Positions 20,307-28,087 of a stretch of 64,000 nt of DNA are shown piece by piece. The position numbers and the translations under genes were made by a program. Source of the stretch: Candidatus Zixiibacteriota bacterium (GTDB lineage: Bacteria; Zixibacteria; MSB-5A5; UBA10806; 4484-95); contig JBBIRK010000005.1 of the NCBI GenBank assembly GCA_037441845.1, forward strand, positions 221,230 to 285,229, read 5' to 3'. The notes below the pieces were generated by a model. It did not search any database. It was given only the letters and a program-made list of their open reading frames with translations, and was not told where the DNA came from. The stretch's first letter is position 1, and each line of letters begins with the position of its first letter.

Positions 20307-21563
20307 TTAATTCTTGCTTACGGCCGCCTCATATCCGGCGTCGCGCACCGACTGGATAAGTCTTTCAGCGGCGACATCGCCGTCGACTACTGCAAGACCT
20401 CTATCTAAATAAACGTCGGCTTTCGTTACGCCGGGCACTCCGCTTAAAGCCCTGGTTACGGTTTCCACGCAATGCTTGCAGGTCATCCCCTTGATCTTCA
20501 ACTCTATCTGCAAGTCAGAACCCCTTTCTGATAAGCCGGGACGGGACATTATTCTTCTCTTATAGATATCATGGGCGAACAGAAAAACGAACAGCCCGAT
20601 TACGACTATGCTCAACAACTGATTAAAATAACCGACTTCACCACCGTGTTCATGGTGCATTACCGACGGTGCCGCCGCGATGACGAAATCGAAAAACAAA
20701 CCGAATACGATACTGAAAACGGCGATCGTAACAAGATATATTATCAGCACGCGTGTTCCGAACGCCCGACCTACAGCCCCCACGGTTGCTATATTGGTGG
20801 CCGGACCGGCCATCAAGAACACGAGCGCGGTACCCAGCGGCATCCCGGCGGCAATCAAAGAGGCGGCGATAGGAACTGAGCCGGTGGTGCAAATATATAA
20901 CGGCAAAGCCAATAAAAGCATAAGCAACATCCCGCCGATTCCACTCACCCAGCTTTTGCCTACCATCAAATGCGGCGGAAATAAGATGGAAATCGCCGCG
21001 GCGATGACTATGCCCAAAGCGATCCATCGGTAAATCATCCCGAGCAGATCGAAAACGCCATATCTGAGCGCCTCGACGAATCGAGATTTGACCATGGCAG
21101 AATTAGTTTCATGCATTTGGGAGCGCGAAGATTTCGTCGGAACATCGCTTGATCGACTATCGAACATATTGACCAGTACCCCACCGATCAAGCCTGTGAT
21201 AAAAGCTGCGACAACTTTGAAAATGGCGAACGGCCATCCCAAAAAAGTGGCCGACACCAGAATCGAATCGACACCGGTTTGTGGAGTGCTTATAAGAAAA
21301 CTGGTCGCCGCTCCCTTGCCTGCGCCTTCCTGTTTCAATCCGATCGCCGCCGGCACGACACTACACGAGCAAAGAGGCATCGGAACCCCTATCAACGCCG
21401 CATTGAGTACGCTCTTGAAATCCCTGCCTCCGAGATTATGTTTTATCAAATGCCTGGGCAAAATAACATGAATGACCCCGGCTATCAGACTTCCCAAAAG
21501 CAAAGGACCCGAAAGGTCCTGCAATATCGACCAAATCGCTGCGAGATATTTTTCCAACATCAA
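20307..21563 (-). CDS. DUF318/SO_0444-type metal permease with C-terminal HMA domain
   Basis: PLCSCSVVP, FLISTPQTGVDS, PLYICTTGSVP, GPATN; HMA motif GMTCKHC; His patch MHHEHG. Confidence 0.85.
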   Translation of the reverse strand: MMLEKYLAAIWSILQDLSGPLLLGSLIAGVIHVILPRHLIKHNLGGRDFKSVLNAALIGVPMPLCSCSVVPAAIGLKQEGAGKGAATSFLISTPQTGVDSILVSATFLGWPFAIFKVVAAFITGLIGGVLVNMFDSRSSDVPTKSSRSQMHETNSAMVKSRFVEALRYGVFDLLGMIYRWIALGIVIAAAISILFPPHLMVGKSWVSGIGGMLLMLLLALPLYICTTGSVPIAASLIAAGMPLGTALVFLMAGPATNIATVGAVGRAFGTRVLIIYLVTIAVFSIVFGLFFDFVIAAAPSVMHHEHGGEVGYFNQLLSIVVIGLFVFLFAHDIYKRRIMSRPGLSERGSDLQIELKIKGMTCKHCVETVTRALSGVPGVTKADVYLDRGLAVVDGDVAAERLIQSVRDAGYEAAVSKN

Positions 21564-21627
21564 TCTAAGAAAAGCGGGTTTGACCGAGAAAGGTTCCGCA
21601 ATTTATATGGAAGCCGATGGCTTCCAG

Positions 21628-23163
21628 CTAATTCCATGAATCTTTTAGGGTTCCGATCTTTTCCTCCACCTCGTTTAAGATAATGTTGCTCCTTACCATT
21701 CCGGCCATCGCGTTATGATCGGGGTAAAGCGGCCGATCTTCCTCGAGATGCGAAACCTGTTTGCGCACGACCGCTTGGGCTGCAGTCGTTCCGACACCCT
21801 TAGTGAACTGACGGAAATCAAGCGCTTGAGCGGCGGCCATGAATTCGATTCCGATCACACCGTAACCGTTATCGATTATCTGTCTTGTTTTCAACGCGGT
21901 ATTCATACCCATGCTGACGAAATCCTCCTGATCGGCGGCGGCGGGGATCGATTGCACGCATGCAGGCGCCGAAAGAATCCGCTGTTCGACGATCAGCGAG
22001 TCGGCGGTATATTGGGACAACATGAATCCGGAAAACATCCCTGCGCCTTTGGTCAGGAACGGCGGCAGGCCGACGCTGAGAGCGGGATTCAACAATCTGT
22101 TGAGTCGTCGCTCGGACAATACACACACCATCGCCACCGATGCTCCCACCATGTCGAGCGGCAGGCTGATCGGGGTTCCCTGGAAGTTGGCGCCGGTCAA
22201 TACAGTGTCGGAATCGGGCAGAAATATGGGATTATCGGCGACGCCGTTTAACTCGATTTCCAATTGTCGTCGGGCATAAGCCAGATGATCCCGGGCTGCG
22301 CCGATCACCTGCGGAGTCGATCTCATGGAATAAGCATCCTGCACCTTCACTTTAAGTTTGCCCGTGAGCAGATCCGAGCCCGCCATGACCCGTCTGATAT
22401 TTTCGGCCGAAGTTATAGCGCCTTTGAATCCACGCAATACATGAAGCCGTTCATCATAAGGTTTCATATTGGCCAAAAGCGCTTCGAGCGTCATGGCGGC
22501 GGCGATTTCCGCCTGCTTAAACAAACGTTCGGCATCGAGAAGTTCAAGAGAGGCGATCCCCGCGATCAGATTCGAACCGTTAATCGCAGCCAAGCCGTCG
22601 CGGGCTTCAAGCCCCGGCACGGGGATACCGGCTTTTTGCATCGCGGCGGCGGCAGGCATCCTTTTTCCCTCGAAATAGGCCTCCCCCTCCCCCAACAGAA
22701 CCAGGGCTATCTGAGCCATCGGAGAAAGATCGCCGCAGGCGCCGACGCTCCCTTTTTCGCAAACCACCGGCGTGACCCCGCGATTGAGAAGCTCCACGAA
22801 AGTCTGGGTTATCTCGGGACGGCAACCTGAGTTGCCATGGCAATGGACGTTAATTCTCGATAGCATGGCGGCGCGCACGTGTTCGATCGGGCAGGGGTTG
22901 CCGATGCCAGCCGAATGATTATAGATCAAGTACTTTTGAAACTGCCGAACCTGTTCATCGTCGAGAACGATTTCGGAGAATTCTCCGATACCGGTGTTGA
23001 CTCCATACATGATTTCCCGGGCTTCGATTTTTTTCTGCAGCATGCCGCGGCATTTCTTGATTCTCGCCAGCGCCTCGGGGGCGATCTGGATTTTTCGGCC
23101 GTATCTGGCCACCTGTTCGACCTGTTCGATTGTCAAGCTGCGTCCGTCAAGCGTTATTGTCAT
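21628..23163 (-). CDS. hutH: Aromatic amino-acid ammonia-lyase, probably histidine ammonia-lyase, with Ala-Cys-Gly at the MIO site
   Basis: YGVNTGIG, GSVGACGDL, AAING, VQDAYSMR, DNP, GANFQG, QEDFVSMG; AGGAGG SD before ATG 23163; hutI nearby. Confidence 0.8.
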   Translation of the reverse strand: MTITLDGRSLTIEQVEQVARYGRKIQIAPEALARIKKCRGMLQKKIEAREIMYGVNTGIGEFSEIVLDDEQVRQFQKYLIYNHSAGIGNPCPIEHVRAAMLSRINVHCHGNSGCRPEITQTFVELLNRGVTPVVCEKGSVGACGDLSPMAQIALVLLGEGEAYFEGKRMPAAAAMQKAGIPVPGLEARDGLAAINGSNLIAGIASLELLDAERLFKQAEIAAAMTLEALLANMKPYDERLHVLRGFKGAITSAENIRRVMAGSDLLTGKLKVKVQDAYSMRSTPQVIGAARDHLAYARRQLEIELNGVADNPIFLPDSDTVLTGANFQGTPISLPLDMVGASVAMVCVLSERRLNRLLNPALSVGLPPFLTKGAGMFSGFMLSQYTADSLIVEQRILSAPACVQSIPAAADQEDFVSMGMNTALKTRQIIDNGYGVIGIEFMAAAQALDFRQFTKGVGTTAAQAVVRKQVSHLEEDRPLYPDHNAMAGMVRSNIILNEVEEKIGTLKDSWN

Positions 23164-23300
23164 CAAATAATCCTCCTGTCGCATCCGCCCCAGACGAAAA
23201 ATCCGGGTGCACTTCAACAAAGTGAATATACGGATATCGAATTTGAATGACAACAGCTAAGAGACCGATCGCAAGGCCGGCACCGATAAGAACCGGGTCT

Positions 23301-24110
23301 CTACTTACGGCACACCGCAAGCAAATCCAGGCTTTTGTCCACGTCCACATCGTGCACGTGGAAATCTCCGAGACCGAACTGTTTTGCGAAATCTTTCTGG
23401 CTCAGGTTTCGAGTTCGCCTGCCTTTGATTCGGGAGATCAGTGTCGCAGCCAGATAATCGATCCTTTCGGGAAGGATTTTTCTTAAATTAAGCCTGGCTG
23501 CAATATCCAACAACGGCCCGGTTTTCACCCTATTGTATTCGATTCGTTGAATCGTGTCGTTGCCGCTTATACCCAGAATATCAACGTTTTCGAAATGTCG
23601 GCTCAACAAGGCGGCCAATTCGTCGGGGTAATATTCCCTTATGTGGTACCTGTTCCAAGGTTTGCGGCCGGGCTTAAGGCGATATGTCTTGTTCGGCGTT
23701 GTCAAGTATGCCTTTCCACCGGTCTTTATCACCCGGGCGATTTCGGAAACGAACCGATCGTCGTCTTCAATATGTTCGATAACCTGAAAACTGATCGCCG
23801 CATCGTAAGCACCATCGGGAAACGGTATATGGCGGCCATCGTAGCACCGGAAAGAACAATTGGGTCCCCCGTATCGGGTATCGGCATGGGCGACCGCCTT
23901 TTCTTCCACATCCACCCCCACGACATCGGCGCATTTTTCAGCCAAGATGCTGGTTCCGTATCCCTCGCCGAAACCGATTTCGATGACGCGATCAGTGGCC
24001 GCCAGAAGATCGCGAACATATATGTAGGCGAATTTATGACGCAGAAATTGGATATAATCTTCCTTGCAATCAAATTCCCTCGGGATCAGTCTTTCGCCCG
24101 TGCTTTTCAT
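23301..24110 (-). CDS. Class I SAM-dependent methyltransferase
   Basis: TGER, VIEIGFGEGYG, YDAAISFQVIEH, LTTPN, NRYHIREY. Confidence 0.9.
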   Translation of the reverse strand: MKSTGERLIPREFDCKEDYIQFLRHKFAYIYVRDLLAATDRVIEIGFGEGYGTSILAEKCADVVGVDVEEKAVAHADTRYGGPNCSFRCYDGRHIPFPDGAYDAAISFQVIEHIEDDDRFVSEIARVIKTGGKAYLTTPNKTYRLKPGRKPWNRYHIREYYPDELAALLSRHFENVDILGISGNDTIQRIEYNRVKTGPLLDIAARLNLRKILPERIDYLAATLISRIKGRRTRNLSQKDFAKQFGLGDFHVHDVDVDKSLDLLAVCRK

Positions 24111-24214
24111 GGTCGAGGTGAATTTAAGAGCTTTTGCCTATATGTCAATCGATTATGCAAGTATAATGAAATTCGCCGCTTATATCTGCCACACCACTAT
24201 TTGAGCAAATAATA

Positions 24215-24241
24215 TCCCGGAAGACCCTAAGTCTTCCGGGA
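24215..24241 (-). terminator. Probable intrinsic terminator downstream of the PilX-like gene
   Basis: 11-bp perfect stem TCCCGGAAGAC/GTCTTCCGGGA followed by TATTATTT on the minus strand. Confidence 0.6.
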
Positions 24242-24270
24242 CAATCTCGGCGGATCATATGGCATAAGAA

Positions 24271-25917
24271 TCAATCCAGGTGCGCGGCGTAATTAATTCG
24301 CTGAGACCAGTTTTTTCGCTGAACGATATTGACCATAGGCGTTCCCGGAGGAAGATTGTTGATATCGAGCAGATCGGGGTCGAACGCCCAGTCTCGCAAA
24401 GGCGGAGAGTAATAATCACCGCTCCAGCGTCCGGTATTCTGACGCGAATACCATAGATCCACGGCGGATCCTCGCCAGGTGAACCCGACGTTGTTCCAAT
24501 TTTCCAAGAACCTGATCAAATTCTCGAACCCACCGTTATAAGCATGGCCGGCCTGGCCCGTTTCGGTGTTGCCGGTCATGTAGCAGGCGTTGACCTGCGT
24601 TTGGGTGGCCGGCCGATTGTATTTCGATCCCCAGCTCTTGCTGTCGTCCCAGTTGCCCGAGAGGACGGTCAGCGCATCTGTAATCAACGAAGCAGGTTTT
24701 TTGCTGACCGTGTTGAAATTTCCCACCGTGTATAGGGGATTGCTGGTGGCGAAAGTCAATGCGCCGGCAAGCTGCTGCCCGTTTTTCAATCTCACCGCCG
24801 ATACTGTACTCGCATTTTCCGGTAGCGAGGCGTAAATTATTCCGTTGGCTGGGAAATACGACGAGGCATTGAGCTTAGAGATATCGATGTCGAGCGAATA
24901 AACATCTTGACCTTCGCGACCATCCCGGAAATAGCCGTTGGTAATCACTCCGCCGGAGATCAAGGCTGCCGTGACGTCCAACCATTCACCGGAAAGTTGG
25001 CGATAATAGGCACGGTCGTCGACGAATTTCAAGCCGGCTTTATGTTCATAGCTGTCGTTGTTGCCGGCGCCGCGATCGATCAGATCGGTCGGCGGGCCAT
25101 CGGCCACGACAGGCATATAGAGCGGAGTGATTCCATGATTACCGTCTTCAACACGCCCGCCCCAGCGCGCCAGCGATTCGTTCACCCAATTGGCTTTTTT
25201 CGAATCCAACATAGTGCCATCGGGATTTTTCATCGACCGGTAAGCCCCGCCGGCATCCATGATATAAACGTCTTTGTTTGAAGTCGATAATCCCGAACCC
25301 GCCTTCCGTCCGTGGAAAATACTTCCCGCCGCCGTCAAATATGAATTTATATAAAGCGAGTTGTCGCATTGAAGATAGGCATCGTGATTGGTATGGACGC
25401 GGCCGCCGAGCGTCATCGAAGGGCCAGGGGCGATTTCCAGGTCGTATTCGTAAAAGACGGCGAACTGAAAAATCGGAATCAAGGCGTCTTCGATCTGCAT
25501 TCTTAGATCCACACCAGCGTTGCTGGTGGTATCCAGGCCGAGTGAGTTGATCGTGAATGATTTTACCAGACCGTAAAGTCCTTTGTAAGCGCCCGCGTCG
25601 AGCTGCCTCACCGAGGCCGCGCCGTTTTCGACAGTGAAATAACCATAGGCGTATTTGCTTTCCGTGACCGTATCGGACGGTAATGGATTTGGAGGGACAC
25701 CAGCGGTCTGATAACTCGTGGTAATTGCCGCCGCCGCCCGCTCCAGCCCCGATTCAGCCGCGTAAAACGCTCCGGCGGTGCGGATGCTGTTGTCGGCGAT
25801 TTGCATATCGACGTTGGACGTGCTTATCGAGGCGATGCCGATAAGCGAAAGCATCAGCAAGACCGCCAAGCAGACGATTAGAATCGCTCCATCTTGTTTA
25901 TTTAATTTAGCCAGCAT
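24271..25917 (-). CDS. PilX-type minor pilin / pilus assembly protein with large C-terminal domain
   Basis: KQDG|AILIVCLAVLLMLSLIG prepilin-like N-terminus without E5; AFYAAESG PilX motif; AAGGAG SD. Confidence 0.8.
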   Translation of the reverse strand: MLAKLNKQDGAILIVCLAVLLMLSLIGIASISTSNVDMQIADNSIRTAGAFYAAESGLERAAAAITTSYQTAGVPPNPLPSDTVTESKYAYGYFTVENGAASVRQLDAGAYKGLYGLVKSFTINSLGLDTTSNAGVDLRMQIEDALIPIFQFAVFYEYDLEIAPGPSMTLGGRVHTNHDAYLQCDNSLYINSYLTAAGSIFHGRKAGSGLSTSNKDVYIMDAGGAYRSMKNPDGTMLDSKKANWVNESLARWGGRVEDGNHGITPLYMPVVADGPPTDLIDRGAGNNDSYEHKAGLKFVDDRAYYRQLSGEWLDVTAALISGGVITNGYFRDGREGQDVYSLDIDISKLNASSYFPANGIIYASLPENASTVSAVRLKNGQQLAGALTFATSNPLYTVGNFNTVSKKPASLITDALTVLSGNWDDSKSWGSKYNRPATQTQVNACYMTGNTETGQAGHAYNGGFENLIRFLENWNNVGFTWRGSAVDLWYSRQNTGRWSGDYYSPPLRDWAFDPDLLDINNLPPGTPMVNIVQRKNWSQRINYAAHLD

Positions 25918-25953
25918 CGTCGTCTCCTTTATTAATTGTCCAGAACCGATATG

Positions 25954-25969
25954 AGCAAACAACATACCT
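25954..25969 (-). promoter_or_regulatory. sigma54 (-24/-12) promoter of the PilX-like gene
   Basis: Minus strand AGGTATGTTGTTTGCT = GG-N10-GC with TTGC. Confidence 0.55.
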
Positions 25970-26231
25970 TGACAACACAGCCCGGTGGATTTGCATAAGT
26001 CGATAATCTATAGTGACTTATGATTATGCTGATAAGGAATTTCGATCGCCGGCGGCGGATCTATGTTTATTATTATTCGAAAAGATCCATAATTATGGGA
26101 ATTCCCCGATACTCGATAACGCTAATACATTGATGAGCAAGGAATTCCATAACGACAAAGCGATATTTCCGCGTTTACCGTCGTTCAAGGGCGGATTTAT
26201 TTATGACACAATGTAGATACCGTTTTGGCGA

Positions 26232-27056
26232 TCAATCAAGGCCGAGATTCCTGACTTTCACTCGGGTGGTTAGATTTCTATGGCGATAGTCGGCAGCGAA
26301 TTCGGTATCCCTCCGAGCCGATCGTGCCGTTATACTGATTATTACTTCCCTGACCATCGACGCCAATGGGGGGACGTCCACAATAGCACCTGATGACAGA
26401 ACATATTGGAATTGCAAGTCAGTGATATCCTCGGCAAATACCTGAGGGGCCTCGTTCATGACCGAAACCATCAGTTTGGGATGCAGCGTGTCGGTGGTGG
26501 AGTCTATAAAATACTTGAGCATATTGATTTTCACCACCTGCGCGCCGACTCCATAGCTTCGCGACAAAGGCATAGTATTATGCTGGATATGCCCCGCGGC
26601 ATATTGGACTTGAGTGCAGAGAAAAAATTCACCGGTTTGGCTTACCGGGTCATAAATGTAAAGCCAATCGTTGTCGGTGATTCCCGAAAGATCGCCGTCG
26701 CAGCGTAATTCCGCCGAGGGTTGCGGCATTGCGTGGTTGAGAGTGACGTTATCGAGGATAGCAGTATCGTAAAGTATCAGGATCGAATCGGGATTGGTAT
26801 TGCGGGCCACCAGCGGAATCAGAGTCTGCGGCAGATTATAGCCGGCGAGCCTTATCTTGGTCGTCAATTCGTCCATGCTTCCCCGCAACGCCTGCTGCAT
26901 ATCGGAAATCTGCTCTTGGATCAACAATTGTTTATGCTGGACAATATATACGTTGAAAGCGGCACCGATCACCACAATTGAAATCACGGCCGCCAGAACC
27001 AGCTCTATCAGCGTGAATCCGCTGTCGCTTTTGCACTTGGCGATTATGGCTTTCAT
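26232..27056 (-). CDS. PilW-like minor pilin
   Basis: DSG|FTLIELVLAAVISIVVIG N-methylation motif; IRLAGY; ITDLQFQY; C-terminal VKVRN. Confidence 0.85.
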   Translation of the reverse strand: MKAIIAKCKSDSGFTLIELVLAAVISIVVIGAAFNVYIVQHKQLLIQEQISDMQQALRGSMDELTTKIRLAGYNLPQTLIPLVARNTNPDSILILYDTAILDNVTLNHAMPQPSAELRCDGDLSGITDNDWLYIYDPVSQTGEFFLCTQVQYAAGHIQHNTMPLSRSYGVGAQVVKINMLKYFIDSTTDTLHPKLMVSVMNEAPQVFAEDITDLQFQYVLSSGAIVDVPPLASMVREVIISITARSARRDTEFAADYRHRNLTTRVKVRNLGLD

Positions 27057-27060
27057 TTTA

Positions 27061-27417
27061 TCACTCGATCATCATATAAGTTATCATGCTGTTCGATCGC
27101 ACCAAGCCGTCCCGGTCGGGCCAACTAACCAGTACCTCCAACCGCCGCAGGTTCGGTCCCGAATCGACCACCGTCCAGGTGCGGGTCACCAGGCCCAGAG
27201 TGTCGGAGCCGGAGATCGGATTGCTTGTGTTTTTCAATTCTTCCATCTTGTCTCGAATCAACATGGAGGCCTCGGTGAAATCACGGGCGACGTCGTTGCC
27301 CCGCATCGAAACCGCCATCATCGGCAAAAGCGCCAACAGGCCGAACGAAATCAGCAACATCCCGACCAGAACTTCGATCATGGAAAAACCGTATTTCTCG
27401 AAATGTAACTTTTTCAT
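27061..27417 (-). CDS. PilV-like minor pilin
   Basis: YG|FSMIEVLVGMLLISFGLLAL; KMEELK; VLVSW. Confidence 0.85.
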   Translation of the reverse strand: MKKLHFEKYGFSMIEVLVGMLLISFGLLALLPMMAVSMRGNDVARDFTEASMLIRDKMEELKNTSNPISGSDTLGLVTRTWTVVDSGPNLRRLEVLVSWPDRDGLVRSNSMITYMMIE

Positions 27418-27433
27418 TTCATGAGACTTTCTG

Positions 27434-27449
27434 TGCAATAATTATGCCC
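27434..27449 (-). promoter_or_regulatory. sigma54 (-24/-12) promoter of the pilV/pilW-like genes
   Basis: Minus strand GGGCATAATTATTGCA = GGCA...TTGCA with GG-N10-GC spacing. Confidence 0.62.
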
Positions 27450-27599
27450 CTAAGATTATCGACACCTTTCCGGCGGCAATTAGCGGCAAGGTAAAAACTT
27501 ATCGCCGCCGTTTGCGGATTTATCGGCATGAATCGGTGCCGAAAATATGGGAAAGTTCCAATAGTCGAACGACTTGAAACAGGAATCAGAAAGAGTCAG

Positions 27600-27683
27600 C
27601 GGAGGACGAGGGATTCGAACCCCCAAGACCTTGCGGTCGGCGGATTTCAAGTCCGCTGCCTTGCCAGTTAGGACTAGTCCTCC
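27600..27683 (-). tRNA. tRNA-Ser(UGA), long variable arm, CCA not encoded
   Basis: Acceptor GGAGGAC/GTCCTCC+G73; anticodon arm GCGGA-CTTGAAA-TCCGC; variable arm GACC-GCAA-GGTC; GGTTCGAATCC T arm. Confidence 0.93.
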
Positions 27684-27789
27684 GTACGAAAGCCGATTTC
27701 GGGGATATCAGCCTCAGAAAATATATTCAGGGTATCCGGGCAATACAAGCGAAATTAAAATGACGATTCGCCGAGGAGGACGATTGGTA

Positions 27790-27818
27790 TTGACTCTGAA
27801 AAACCGGCCGATTATACT
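27790..27818 (+). promoter_or_regulatory. sigma70-type promoter of tRNA-His (possibly also hisS)
   Basis: TTGACT-N17-TATACT, 11 nt before the tRNA 5' end. Confidence 0.65.
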
Positions 27819-27829
27819 TTAACGTAAAT

Positions 27830-27903
27830 GCAGGCGTAGCTCAGTTGGTTAGAGCGTCTGACTGTGGATCAGAAGGTCGATGGTTCGACTCCATCCGCCT
27901 GTA
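27830..27903 (+). tRNA. tRNA-His(GUG) lacking G-1, with G1.U72 and A73; CCA not encoded
   Basis: GCAGGCG/CGCCTGT+A acceptor; GCTC/GAGC D stem; TCTGA-CTGTGGA-TCAGA anticodon arm; GATGG-TTCGACT-CCATC T arm; base -1 is T. Confidence 0.95.
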
Positions 27904-28087
27904 TTGTCTGATGGCAGAATGCCGCGCACGAATAGTTATAAGGCCGGCGAAAGTTATTATATACCGTCAGCGGACTCCAAAATTCCGCTTGAAACACCGA
28001 TTGCAAAGCATTATACAAATCAAATGAGTTTTGCACGTCCGATTTTTGGAACAAAATAACTGGAAGGCAGGATAGATAGGACCAATT

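Noticed and set aside
15002..23163. A complete hut operon
   Set aside because: hutI and the hutH-like gene are separated by unrelated genes, and hutU/hutG are not in the window; dispersed hut genes are not unusual.
26013..26216. 67-aa + strand ORF between the pilin genes
   Set aside because: Lies in AT-rich regulatory DNA holding the candidate enhancer; no SD or protein features.
24271..27600. Genomic island integrated at the tRNA-Ser 3' end
   Set aside because: No integrase, no duplicated tRNA 3' end, and no obvious compositional shift seen.
27600..27683. Selenocysteine or suppressor tRNA (TTCAA visible on the + strand)
   Set aside because: The gene is on the minus strand with anticodon UGA, a 7-bp acceptor stem and G73, i.e. 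an ordinary tRNA-Ser.
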